From positions 1-64,000 of the forward strand of contig JAAILG010001244.1 in the NCBI GenBank assembly GCA_012026655.1: a stretch of 64,000 nt of DNA, read 5' to 3'. Of the stretch, positions 14,695 to 27,589 are shown piece after piece. The DNA comes from Hydrolagus affinis (taxonomy: Eukaryota). The notes beneath the pieces are model-generated. The model made no database searches. It was not told the origin of the DNA and was given only the letters and a program-made list of their open reading frames with translations. Numbering within the stretch: position 1 is the first letter of the stretch; each line of letters begins with the position of its first letter. The position numbers and the translations under genes are program-made.

Positions 14695-15042
14695 CCTGAC
14701 AAGATTGGTAGCACTCACATCACTGAGTCAGAAGGTTGTGAGTTCATCTCAGGAGTTTGAATTCACAGCCTAGACTGAAACTGATAGTGTTAGAGTAGAG
14801 TGTACTGTTATGTTGGATGTGACGTCCTTTAAACCAAAGTCTCACTGCCTATTCAGGTGGCCATTCATGGCCAATTTCCTAAATAAAACCAAATGGTGAT
14901 TCACTTGATGGCTATTTATGGGACATTGCTATGTGCAAACTGCCTGTCATGTTTTCCTACAAACACAGTAAAAATTGTGAAGCACTTTTTGACGTTTTAA
15001 TGATGTGACCAGATTCCATGTAAAATTCAAGGATTATTATAT
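14695..15042 (+). mobile_element. Older DeuSINE-type SINE
   Basis: tRNA-like head (ggtagcactc...gagtcagaaggttgtgagttc), decayed Deu core, tail. Confidence 0.7.
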
Positions 15043-16482
15043 TCCAGAATTCCTGTAAAAGTCAAAGATTTGTTGGATTCCAGGGTTTGCCTGAGTCTCG
15101 ACAGGCTGTGTTTTTAAGGCCCTTTCATATTCGTATAACAGCTACATTATGTTTTCTTCCATGAACCTGTGTTTTGTCAAGTGCAAGGAGGATTAGTGGA
15201 ACTTGTCCATGTTATCACATAGAGGAACACAATCAGTGTCTGAAAAATGGTTGGCAAAGCTATCCTTTGAGGTTCGTAAATACCTGGCACGAAAATGCAA
15301 CTCACTTTAAAAAAGGTCATTACAGCACAAAATGACACTCTCGTGTTTGTCATTGCTCAGCATCAGCATATTTGTCATTGAGGTGTATCATTCCTTTGAA
15401 AAAAAAATCATGTTTGATATAGTGCCATTCACTTCTATAGGACATCTCTTAACTGGATTTGCTATATGGTGTGATTTATGGCTGTGTATTTTGTAGGTGA
15501 ACACGACATCTAATATAATAAAAATAATAATCCTTGCATTTGATATAGTGCTTTTTACATCTTCCAGATGTCTCAAAGCATTTCACAGAATATACTACAA
15601 AGTTAATTGACTGTATATTTGTGGGGGGAAACATGGCAGCCAATTGAGCACAGCAGTGTCCACAGAACAATGTCCCACAAACAGCTATGGAAGCGAATTA
15701 CCAATTTTACCTGGGGTGTTGCTGCTCAGGACACCATTCTCTTTTTGAAGAGTGCCATGGGACTGTTAATGTCCACTTGAACAGGCACAACAAGTCGCAA
15801 AAATTCTGATAGTTTTTCAGAAGGCGCTGTCATTTCACAAACCTCAGCTAAAAACTCAGCGAATTCCTTTTAATATTTGTGATTGAAGATAGTGCCAATG
15901 ATTCTGTCATCTGCAACTGAATTGGTCATTTCTTTTTTAAAATGATCTGCTGTCAACAGAGTAAAGTGCACTAAAATTACCTGTGATATTTCATTACGCA
16001 TTGCATGGATTATGAATTTAATGAACAGCTTGTGAAAACCACGAAAAGCGTACTTTCTGTCATTAACTTTATGGTTAATGGATATCTTAAGTGGAACAGA
16101 GTGTGTCTGTCTTTGTGCCTCTGTAGGACATAGACACTATTCATTATAGCAGAGGGCTTAAGTATATGTCTCGAAGAATTGAGCGAGGATTTAATATTGT
16201 GATTCATTTAAAGTAGTAACAAAGATTCCTGTTCATTTCTCAATATATGCTGGACCAATAATATTTTATACATGCCCCTGTAAAAATCATTATTTCTACT
16301 CACTTTTCTAACTAATCACAAGTGAAAATGCAGCTAGTATTTTAGTATTACAGCTAGTGATACTAGCCAGCTATAGTTAGAACAGCTAATATTGGTACCA
16401 TCATTCGACTCGCAAGTTAGAGTATCCCGGTTTGATTCCCAGGCTGGGTAAAATCTTAGGCAAGTTTCCTTACCCCTGTACA

Positions 16483-16798
16483 GGAGTCCTATAGCTCAGT
16501 GGTTAGAGCACTCGAATAACAAGCCTGAGACCGGTGTTTGAATCCAGCCAGGGCGAAACCTTGGGCAAGTTTCCTTACTCCACACGCCTAATAGTTATCC
16601 CTCAAAAAATAATAAAATTGGTCATTTCAATCCACAGCTGTTTGTGGGACACTGCTGTGCTCAATTGGCTGCCATGTTTTGCCCACAAAAAAAATACAGT
16701 GAATTCCCTTTACATTATATTCTGTAAAGCGCTTTGAGACATCTAGAAGACATGAAGAGTGCTTTATCAAATGCAAGGATTATTATTATTATTATTAT
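16483..16798 (+). mobile_element. tRNA-headed SINE, full length (preceded by a partial second head at ~16405-16475)
   Basis: Same family as 7080-7390. Confidence 0.88.
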
Positions 16799-18947
16799 CA
16801 CTCCTCACACCTTTTTTGTACACAGCAGTAAATACGAACCCAGTTTTAAGTCAATTGGCAGATTGCTTTCAGGGGGTAATCCTTCAAAATAAATAAAGAG
16901 TGATATTCTAGGTAACTCTGAACTTATGTAAAACACATTACACTTCATATATTGAGAAGATTGCTCACAATTCAGCTCAAACTGCCTTCTATGTAGACAA
17001 TAATAATGTTGTAAGATATAGAATGGCATTCCATTTGAAGTGGATTCTTGCCTACAGTGTCTTGGGACATCCTCCTGACATGAAAGGCGTTAAGCAAGTG
17101 TAATTTTGTTGTTGTACATAAGAATTCAGGAGTAAGTGTACATTGCCTTCTAGGAGCACAAAGGAGTAAAGGAGCTATCAGTAGAAATATCAGTATTTCA
17201 GCACAAAGCCAACAGAAGATCTAGTCGTAACTGAAATAACAACCAGAACAACTACAACAAACTAAAAGTAATAGACCGAATTCTATACTATCTTGTGGTA
17301 AATGTGTTTTAATGTTCAAATATTTAATAATACAATAATAATAATAACCTTTGCATTTGATAGAGTGCTTTTCACGCCTTCTAGACGTCTCAAAGCGCCT
17401 CACAGAATATACTGTAAAGTGAATTGACTGCATATGCGTGGGCAAAATAGCACTGACTATACCAGATATGCAATTAAAATGTTAGTTGTATTCACCCATT
17501 ACCCCAGACACAGGAATTTAATGCAATACAGTAATCGGAGGACTGTACAAAATGAGAGACTGTAAAAAATGAATAGAGTGCACATCTGCTATAGTCAGTG
17601 CTATTTTTCCCTCATGTTGACATTGCACCCACTAAGGCTCCCGTTAAGGTAAGTAAACAGTCATCATGTATCATTACTTGGATCTAATCAGTGAGAACAA
17701 ACCATATGTACAGATCTAAGTGAGGTATCTTCAAATGTGTTCCAACACAGGTGGCTTTCTCTTCTAGATGGATTTACCTCCTGAGAAAATACACGCCTGC
17801 TTGCTTTACTCCCAGATATTAAATATACTGCTGCCCTTGGACGGAATGGGAGTTCCCTTCACTAATATGCATTATTGGATAAATGGTTAACAAATCAAAC
17901 TTCATTCGAGAAATACACCCATAAAGGGAAAGGATGCCAGTCTTCTTCACTCAGACATGATATTCACAGATATTAGGTGAGGGCCTCCACCTTGCCCCCC
18001 TGCTCCGCCAATGGCTAGCGCTCTGGGACGCTCCCCTGCATGAGGGGCAAGTTGTTGTTGTCTTTATTGTTATCCAACACAAAATGTTTTTTTTCTTGAG
18101 CACCTGAATTAGGCTCTTACGCTCCCCTTCACAGATAGGAAATTGAGTTTGAATTTAATAGGAGATAATGCTATGAATTTATTTCACACACCACCACTTA
18201 ATTTTCAAGGGGACAGGAAAATAATAACAAATGCTTGACTAACACAAAGACCTGGAGCATATGAGAACATGAGACTACCCTTTGATTATGGAGGTAAAAT
18301 CCGAACTTCCCTCTAGGTTTCTCTTTGGAACATGTATCTTAAAGTCTGGGAAACACAAATTTGAAATAACAAGTGTAAATAAGTTATTTTGTGCATTAGG
18401 ATATGTGTGAGATATTTCAATAACATCTAATATGGATGCTGAATGCTTTATCAGCACTTGTTACATTTGGAATTAAAATACTTGGCATCTAAAGAGAAAG
18501 CAGTAAAACAAGATGATAAGTAGATTTTGTTTTAATTGTTTGAAAATGTCGTTCTGGAAGCCAAGTCACTCTTCCTTAATCAGTTGAACCATCTGCAAAA
18601 TGTAATTGGATATTGTGCAAGATGAAAAATAATTTCATACGTGAAGACAGACTCTGGGCTCAAACACAGCTGCACAGGAAGAAATTAATCAGATTATAGT
18701 GATGTTCTGATATAAATAGTAATGCATTCAATGATGAAATCATTTGAACCTGTGGTATCCAATGTGTTGCATTGTAGCTTGGGACTGAGTTGCTCTCCCA
18801 TGAGAGATTCAATTGCACTAATTAGTATCATTTGGGACAGAATTCATGGGTGAGATTACCAGGCAGTGAAGAGAATCTTTGTGGCAGCAGAACTGAATTT
18901 CCATGTACAATAGCAATCTTCTGTAAACTGAAAGCAACATTTAACTA

Positions 18948-19243
18948 ATAATAATAATCCTTGCATTTGATATAGTGCTTTTCACATCCTCCAGATGTCT
19001 CAAAGCGCTTCATAGAATACTGTATATTGTAAAGTGAATTGACGGTATATTTGTGGGCGAAACACGGCAGCCAATTGCGACCAGCAGTGTCTCACAAACA
19101 GTCGTGGATTGAAATGACCTTTTTTTTTGCAGGATTATTATCAGGCATGTGGAGTAAGGAAACTTAGTTTTATCCTACCTGGAATTGAACCCAGGTCTCT
19201 TCGCTTGTAGGGCAAGTGCTCTAGCCACTGAGCTACTGGACTC
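18948..19243 (-). mobile_element. tRNA-headed SINE, full length
   Basis: Reverse complement of the 7080-7390 family. Confidence 0.88.
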
Positions 19244-19380
19244 CAACTACTGCTTGTAATTACTTGTATAATAGCAAAGATGTCAATGTTCTACCGTGAA
19301 ATGAAACAACACATTTTAATAACTTTGAAAGAAACATATTTGCTTGATATTATGTTTCTTGACATGGTGTTTGAGGAGTG

Positions 19381-20313
19381 ACACGCAGATGACACCCAAC
19401 TCTATTTCTCCACTTCACTTTGCGACCCCCAGTCCCCTGATGTTCTGAAGCCTGCCTGTCAGACATCAGGAGCTGGATGAGCGCAAATTTCTTGCAGCTG
19501 AATGTTGACAAGATGGAGGCCATACTCTTTGGCTCTTGTCAACGTCTCCATTCACATGGCTCTCACCTCCTCCACCTTCCCGGTCTCCCCCTGAAACTCT
19601 CCGAACCTGTCCGCAACCTTGGTGTCAGGTTCGACCCCCAACTGTCCTTCCTCCCCCACATCCGGTCCCTCACCAGCACTGCCTTCTTCCACCTCCAACG
19701 GATCGCCCATCTCCGGCAATACCTTACCCCAAAAGCCACTGAAACCCTGGTCCACACTTTCGTCACCTCACGGCTGGACTATTCAAATGCCCTCCTTGCC
19801 GGTCTACCCTCCACCACAATCCATAAAATCCAACTCATCCAAAACTCTTCCGCCCACATACTCACCCGCACCAAACTTCGCACCCCCATTATCCCAGTCC
19901 TTGCCAGACTTCACTGGCTCCCTATCCCCGAGAGGATTGACTTCAAGATCCTCACTCTTGTTTTCAAATCCCTCCACTCCTCTGCAACCCCCTACCTCTC
20001 TCCTCAAACCAGCTCCCATTGCGTTCGTTCCATCGGGTCAGGCCTCCTCCATATCCCCCGAATCCTCCACTCCACCCTCGACGGCCGTGCCTTCAGCCAC
20101 TATGCCCCGAGGCTCTGGAATTCCCTACCTCGCTACCTTCATCTTGCCCCCTCTATTCTCAGTTTCAGGTCCCAGCTAAAGACCTTTCTCTTCGACCGCG
20201 CCTTTGGTCACCTTTCTACCCCTGCCCCTGGCTCGGTCCCGGGATCCGCTATTATGAAGCGCTCTGAGACGCCGTCTGGCATGGAGGCCGCTATATAAAC
20301 CGAAGTTGTTGTT
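19381..20313 (+). mobile_element. 5'-truncated L2-clade LINE (C-terminal RT/ORF2 and 3' end)
   Basis: ADDTQLY at the 5' end; ORF 19477-20298 has NFLQLN, RNLGV, SRLDYSN, LHWLP and RAFSHYAPRLWNSLP; (GTT)n tail. Confidence 0.92.
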
Positions 20314-22394
20314 GAGTGGTATTTGAGTGTGTTTGGTCAGCCTGGTGTCTGATACACTCAGGAACCTGTCTCCATGCTTAAACAGAACACATGTGTGTTC
20401 CTCAGATGCCCAATCAGGTAGGGAATTCAGTGGAAGCCTAAGTATGAATACCGATTTGAAATAGAATAAATATTTACTTATCAGAAATAGATAAATATTC
20501 ATTGGAGAACCAGGTTGAGGATATTTATCGAGTCAAAACTCAGAGTTCAGGCTGGGATATTAAATAGAATCTACATCTATTGAATGGAAGCCTTCGGTTA
20601 AGGACTCAGACACCAAATTAAATTAACATTTCATTCATTATGTAAAGCTGAGGGTTCCTCCAATTTTAATTCCATATTTTTAAAAAATACTCCTGATTGA
20701 CTGATTGCGGATTAATTACAATTTCCAGCAGTAATACTAAGCAGGAATAAATGTGTCTGTTATATCAAGTTTGATGTAAAAATAAGTGGGCAATTTTAAA
20801 GTAAATCAGTTTCATATTCCTTAGCTTTTTTATTGACTCATTTCGATACATCTAACTGTAGAGTATATATAAAAATATATACAGTTTATATAAAAAATAG
20901 AGTCATTATTGTAACCATGTGTGCAAAGTTTGGGGGTGTAATTCTGTCAATCGCTGTTTTTGTTTGACTGATAAATATAGGGATGGCACAAACACAACTT
21001 TATTGGCTTAGTTCCAACAATAAATAAATGGGAATGACTGAAATTCAGCATTGAGTTCCCGTCAGACACAGGGGCATTTGGAATCTGCTCTATTGGAGAT
21101 TCGCTACAACTATTTTATTGGTTACTTAATCATGTTCAAGACTGGCAGATACTCATCAAATTCAGAACCAGAATGAATTTCAGCAGTTGAAAAAGATTCC
21201 AGCCTGCAGTTTAGGGCCTTATGAAAAAGGACATTGGTACACGTCTAATAATTTATTTTTACATTTGGGAATGCAGCACTTCTATGAAAGTAGAATAGTT
21301 GGTAAACACAATCTGATTAGTTTGCGTAATCCCTCACAGAGATTCCACTTGGTGGAAATAATGAAGTGATCCTTGTATTTGATGTAGCGCCTCATCACAT
21401 TATTGAGACCTCTCAGAGTGCTTCATATGACTTACCGTAAAGTCAATTAACTGTGTATTTTATGCGCAAAAATGTTCGGGGTCAATTTAACTTTCTAACT
21501 CATTGCCTCTGGTCAGCGGTGCTTGAAAAGGGGAGATATATAAAGAGGGAAGGTGGTGTTTTGGTTTATTATAGACAGGTACCTACGAGTGGAGAGATGT
21601 GAAGGCTTTAATTTGATTACTGTGATCAAGACTAATGGAGTTTGAGGGCAGCACTAAGGTCACCACAGAAGCACAGCCTGAGTCTTGTCTCCAGAGGACA
21701 AGGGCTCACCCCACCAGTCAGTTTAATTATTGTATTCAACTGGAGGAAATGCAGCAAAGGTCGTGTTCTGTGTCTTCTGTTTATTTTTTTTAATTTAAAA
21801 ACATACTGAATACATCTATTCAATTCAAACGCTCAAAACCATTTCCCTTTGAACAATTTAAATTGCCACTTCCCATTTATTCAAGTGCAGAGCGACATCT
21901 GGTTGTTTGATTCTGCATTTCATGAAATTACCAAACCGCGAGACTGAGAGAGATAGCAAGAGTTTAAGCAGGATACATAAAGTAGAACAAAATGGAAAAT
22001 GTTAAATTAATGCACAAAAATGAATTTTTATTAACATTGGAACTGAATCAATGCCCAACATAGTAAAAAAAATCCCACCTGATTCAGGATTTACTTTATT
22101 TATGTGGCATTTTAGAGCGAATAGAATTTGATAAATTGCAGAATTCAGTCATAATTTTAATGTTAGTTTTCTGTACTTCTTAACAAACTTAAGAGAAAAC
22201 TGATTTCAAACTGTATTCAAGAATTTGCCATATTTGGATGATGGATAGTGGAGTAAATCTAGACCCAGATGGAATTTCTCTCCACTTGGCTCTTAACAAA
22301 TCTGGACAACTCACTCAAAGGAACATTTGCCACGTGAAAGGTATACAATATACCACAATAATGTGGCATAATCAGGAACCAGTCCTTGCCAGCA

Positions 22395-22421
22395 TTTATT
22401 AAACACACAAAGATATTTATT
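22395..22421 (-). terminator. Candidate polyadenylation signals of the TNNC1-like gene
   Basis: Two AATAAA on minus (22416-22421, 22395-22400), about 270-290 nt after the stop. Confidence 0.55.
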
Positions 22422-22687
22422 TCCAGTTAAGCTCTCACAAATTATATATTACAAGTTTATATTACAATAAAAGCAACTGGTACACTTTCTACATTTCATA
22501 TTTGATTATTTCATATATTGTTTGACACTTCTCTTTCATTAACCATCCATCCTTACCTTCCATCCATGTACAGTTACGTTTCAGAGTTCTCTGATTTTTC
22601 AGTCATCAAAGTATCTTGATTGCTTGTGATTCAATGAAAAGAAATCCATTGCTGAACCATTCCTAGTGCTCATTGATCTTGAAGCAA

Positions 22688-22719
22688 TTACTCAATGCCT
22701 TTCATGAACTCGAGGAACT
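22688..22719 (-). CDS. TNNC1: TNNC1-like exon 6 ([10 protein letters not shown])
   Basis: 32 coding nt ending in TAA. Confidence 0.94.
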
Positions 22720-25700
22720 CTGAAAACCACACAGCTCAGTTAATAAAGCGCACAGCTGTAGCGAGAGGTTAGTCATCTAGGTAACCACTGCAATGTTACA
22801 CAGAGATTTACCTTCATAATCAATTTTCCCATCTTTATTTTTGTCTCCATCAACAAAGAGCTCTTCCAAGTCATCTTCAGTGATTATTTCTCCTGTGGTT
22901 TCCAGCATATACTGCAGTTCTTCGACATCAATGTACCCGTCAGAATTTCTAAACAAATATCATGAGTAATAAGTCATAGCTATGGGAGTTGCTGACTGTA
23001 TAAGATTACATAAATTACATAACATGTGAATTGTGTTAAAGTGCAGGCTGGTTCCAGGCGTGTAATTATTGCAGCCTAGCATTTTTAGAAAGCAATGAGG
23101 ACATGGCAACCAGGCAAGAATAATAATACTAATAATCCTTGCATTTGATATCGCCTCTTCCAGATGTCTCAAAGCACTTCACAGAATATACTGTAAAATG
23201 AATTCACTGTATGTATGTGGGTGAAACACGACAGCCAATTGCGCAATTATGACAGCCAGTGTCCCACAAACAGTCGTGGATTTGAGTGACCAAATTAATA
23301 TTTTTCTTGAGCGATTATGTGGAGTAAGGGAACTTGCCTAAGGTTTCACCCTGCCTGGAATTGAACCAAAGTCTTTCACTGTGCTCTAAGCACTGAGCCA
23401 CATCGTATTCAGGTCTATAGACTCTCACCTGTCAAACATTCTGAACAGTTCCGCCAGCTCTTCCTCTGACTTTCCTTTGCTATCATCCTTCATACAGCGC
23501 ACCATCATGACTAGAAATTCATCCAAGTCAACAGTTCCACTCCCTGCAGAAAATAAATCACAGGAGATGTGAGGAAACGAGAGGTGAGAGAATAGGAGGA
23601 GTAGGAGCCAATGTGGAGTATAAATTATACCAACCAACAAAACAGATGTTTCTTTGTTGCATCTATGACAAAAAAAATACGCAGGAAGCATAAAGGTAAA
23701 TTTAATCTATGGTTAGTAGTACGTTCTTTATTATTTCCTCCTGATTTTGTTACCCATGGCTTACAATGTAGAATAGAAAGGGATTATTTGAAACTAATAT
23801 CTGATTAACGTATTACAATAGTTTCAACATCTTTTAGATGAGATGATTATTTCTTGCTTGATGTCTTCATTGTGTCCAACTTCCCATCCTGTGATGCAAA
23901 CAACAACATCAATAATAATAAATAATTGCTTTTGTATAGCGTCTTTTATGTTGGGAGGATGTCCCAAGGCTCTGATAAAATGTCCTCAGATACAGATCAC
24001 TCACTCGTTGGTATTGATTTCTGACTTGACCTGTAAGGTGGTACTAAACAATCAGATCAAATCACAGTCACCCAGCATCCAGCCATTAAAGTTGGAATGA
24101 AGTTTCTTCTCACCATCTTCATCCACTTCATCGATCATCTCCTGCAGTTCCTCAGCGCTGGGGTTCTGATCGAGCATTCTCATCACCTTCCCCAACTCTT
24201 TGGTGCTGATACAACCATCCTCAGCACCTTGGACAAAGATGTCAAAGGCAGCTTTGAATTCTGAGCAAAACAAAGGGAAAGACCTGGTCAGGAACCATGT
24301 ACTGTACATAGCCTGGCTCTCCACTGGTGAACCATCAGTAACTGTTAGTAGAATGTCAGAATGTTTTTCGGTCAGTTGTTAATTGGATAGGACTAACACT
24401 ACAAATACATATTTCAATTTAATTTGCTCAGAAATGCTAATAAAATCAACAATTGTAACCTACTTTTATTTTGTAATTCCCAAATAATTATTATTTCTTT
24501 TTCATTCACCCATCCCCACAGGACTCAGGTTTAATTTGGGATGTCCTCCCCATGCCTTTCACACCAGAAGAACATCCCAAAGTGTCCCAGCAGCTTGAGA
24601 CATCCTTCCAACATGAAAGGCGCTATGTAACTGCAATTTATGTTTGTGTTGGTGCCTCATCCTTAAGGGTGGCACACCAACAATTAAGTCCCAATCTGAG
24701 GTTTGAACCCACAACCTTTTGACTCAGAGGCAAGTGTCATACCAGTTTAGTATGAGTGTCAGCTTGTTATTGCACCGCAAGCACTCACCAGCCTTTTGTT
24801 CTTCTGTGAGCTGCTCAACCTGTAAGAGAAACACATTGTTAGGCTCCACAGAATAATAAAAATGTTAATGACTTTATATCTATTTGTTTTATTAGCTGTT
24901 GGACACTTATTCAGATAATTGGTTCAAAACCAGTAATGAATGAATTAAGGTATAAATGATCCTTGTTCCCCAAACTAATATTTTAAAACACATGTTTGCA
25001 AAAGCTTAATTCGAAACATAAAATGCATAATTAAAATAATTCATTCCAAATTTAATTTACACTCATTCTCTTCAAATAAATCTTGCTGTTTATTCCCCAG
25101 CGGCACTGGAGTCCTAAGGCTCAGTGGTTAAAGCACTCGCCTCACTAGCAAGAGATGTGGGTTCAATTCCAGGCAGGTCAGGGTGAAACACTGGGTACGT
25201 TTCCTTACTCCACACACCTAATAATAATCCCTAAAAGAAAAGTTTTAATTGGTCATTTCAATCCACAACTGTTTGTGGGGACATTGCTGTGCATAATTGG
25301 CTGCCGCATTTTGCCTACAATCTACAGTCAATTCACTTTACATTGAAGCACTTTGAAACATCTAGAACATGTGAAAATGTGCTACACTGTATATTAAATG
25401 CAAGGATTATTATTGTGGGGTTAGGGTTATAGGCAGTTCACAAACAAACAGACTGTGCAAAAAAATTCCAAACATACTATTCACTACTTCCTTGAATAAT
25501 TGTAAATAATAATCTTTGCATTTGATCTACAGCCTTTTACAATTCAATACAAATTTATTACATTTATGTACATAGTGCCTTGCATGTCAGCAAGACATCC
25601 TAAAATCACATTGTCTAGATGTTACAAGGCATTTCACAGGACTTACTGCAAAGTCTAGTGTCTGTGAATACAATAGCCAATTTGCACACAGTCATGTCAC

Positions 25701-26293
25701 GCAAATAGCCATGAAGTGAATGATTCATTTTGTCCGGGGGATTGTTAAGCAGGATTCCAGGAAAAATTCTCCTCGCTTTTCAAATAGTGACAATAGCGCC
25801 ATAGGATCTTTAATGTCAACTTGAACAGTCAGATGAGATCTTAGTTTTTTTTTCATCTGACGGACAGTGTTCTCTGAGCATCGCACCTGTACACACTCAA
25901 AATCCCAATATGGGGATTGAACCCACACCTCAGTGACAAGACTGCTACAGGTAAGTCACACTAATACTAATCATTTCTTGTAATGCCAATTAGGTATTAA
26001 GTTTCATTGCTTAATATTTAAATATCTCCAGAAACAAGTAATCGATCTGATAGCTGCTTAATATTAATTTTAGCGACAGAATTGTTCAATTTGTCAATAT
26101 CTATTTCAAATAGCATTTAATACTTCTATTATTCCTGTAAACTTTTAACAGCTCAACGATTAAGAATAACTTGCAAAGCAGTACATGCATGAGTCAGAAC
26201 CATGTCAGAATGCTAGTGTTTTCTAATGTGACCCGTTAAAGTATTAAAATGTGCTTTAAGGCTGCTCACCGCGGCTTTATAGATATCTGACAT
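22688..26293 (-). CDS. TNNC1: Troponin C, slow skeletal/cardiac type (TNNC1-like), 6 coding exons, 161 aa
   Basis: Exons 26270-26293, 24789-24819, 24114-24260, 23429-23543, 22812-22948, 22688-22719 (24/31/147/115/137/32 nt), all GT-AG and in phase. Protein: [161 protein letters not shown]. Defunct EF-hand I and Cys35/Cys84 are diagnostic of the cardiac/slow type. May be a paralog rather than the strict ortholog. Confidence 0.95.
22812..22948 (-). CDS. TNNC1: TNNC1-like exon 5
   Basis: 137 nt, NSDGYID...DGKIDYE (EF-hands III/IV). Confidence 0.95.
23120..23400 (-). mobile_element. tRNA-headed SINE in TNNC intron 4
   Basis: Same family. Confidence 0.85.
23429..23543 (-). CDS. TNNC1: TNNC1-like exon 4
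   Basis: 115 nt, [10 protein letters not shown]...FRMFD. Confidence 0.96.
24114..24260 (-). CDS. TNNC1: TNNC1-like exon 3
   Basis: 147 nt, EFKAAFDIF...EVDED. Confidence 0.96.
24789..24819 (-). CDS. TNNC1: TNNC1-like exon 2 ([10 protein letters not shown])
   Basis: 31 nt, TTACAG acceptor and GTGAGT donor. Confidence 0.93.
25109..25414 (+). mobile_element. tRNA-headed SINE in TNNC intron 1
   Basis: Same family. Confidence 0.85.
25560..25950 (-). mobile_element. DeuSINE-type SINE in TNNC intron 1
   Basis: Reverse complement of the Deu core (aaatagtg...ccataggatctttaatgtcaacttgaacag). Confidence 0.7.
26270..26293 (-). CDS. TNNC1: TNNC1-like exon 1 (MSDIYKAA)
   Basis: ATG at 26293, donor GTGAGC. 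Confidence 0.93.
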
Positions 26294-26348
26294 TGTTGCT
26301 GCCTTCCTCGCCTCGCTCTCTCCTGGCTCCTGTTCCCTGCGGTTATTC

Positions 26349-26731
26349 CTTTTATATATTTGAAGAATGAAAACGCTCGACCCACCCCTTTCCTTGCCCA
26401 GGTCACAGAATGGTCCTTGTAGCAGGACCCAAGACAGCCGGCCCTCAGCTGCTACTCTGCAGACACAAACCTCGGCTGCCTGGAATGTGTACATCTCATT
26501 GAAGCTTTTTATGTTGCAAAGAAGAATGTAGCATCTATAAATACCAAATTGATAAGGTAGAATGTACAACAGAAGCCCCTTAAAAGGAGCAATTACGAGA
26601 GAATGCAAATAGCCCTGATAAACAAACTGGACATCACTACAGGTCTTTGCAAGGTTTTGAGAGATAAGGAAAGTTTGGATAAAGTAAGATTGTACAGGCA
26701 TTTTATTGCTGAGGGTGGGGGGGAGGGGAAG
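26349..26731 (-). promoter_or_regulatory. Muscle-type proximal promoter of the TNNC1-like gene
   Basis: TATATAAAAG 26349-26358; E-box CAGCTG 26446-26451; M-CAT-like CATTCCA 26481-26487; perfect CArG CCTTAAAAGG 26578-26587; WGATAA at 26550, 26616, 26662; G-rich/CACC box ~26711-26731. Confidence 0.65.
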
Positions 26732-27589
26732 GAGGCAGTGTACTCCTGTGTTTTTTGCTCTGTTTCTTATTGAATGGCACACATTCTGCTGATACATCAC
26801 TTGGCATTGTACACCCAAATAGCTGCTTTTCATGTTTAGAACCAGACAATGATAGTCTTCAGGCTATGCAACCATGAAGGCATCTTCTCCAAAGTTCACA
26901 CGTGAGGTTTTCGAGCAAGGTTCACCTTAATAGTGACCAGGAACAATGATTGATGTTCACTTTCCATTACCGGGGCACTGAGATCGATGGACCACACCAC
27001 AGGTCAGACACTGTATCACATTTTTGATGGGATGAACTGATGCCTGTTAACCAGATATACATGAACTTAATAAAGCTCTCACCAAAACTCTATTGGAGGA
27101 AATTGGTGTCTGGCCTCCACTAACTGACCAGCCTGCTGTGCATATCCATTATGATGTTTTTATTCTGGTTACAGGACTGTCTGGGATTCAAGGAATAATT
27201 ATGAACTGTAACTCATTCCCACCAGTTGGTCTCACGCAGCTGCTCTGACAAGGAATGACTGAAACTATAAGCAGCCTGAACCATATAACAGTGTTTCAGA
27301 TTCACATGTTGAGCATGGGCACGAAGTACTCTTTATCTGCAGAAGGTAATGAACACATACGAACATAAGAACTTGCCAGGCCAACGAAGACCAAGGTCCA
27401 TCTAGTTCGCCTTCCATCATACTGGCAGTTGTTTGGACATGTCATGTCCCAAATCATATACTGTGTTCTGAAATATTATTTATATGGTTTAGATTTTATT
27501 CATGTATAAACTCCATCTGATTTATTTTGTGTGCGTTTGGTTTGAGGATGAAGTGGACAAATGTACACTATCACTATCCATAGTGCAGT

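Noticed and set aside
19536-20502. Several overlapping ORFs on both strands (also 63089-63938)
   Set aside because: Shadow frames of GC-rich L2 fragments
26213-26833. 206-aa minus ORF
   Set aside because: Only MSDIYKAA is real (TNNC exon 1); the rest overlaps the TATA box, promoter and intron
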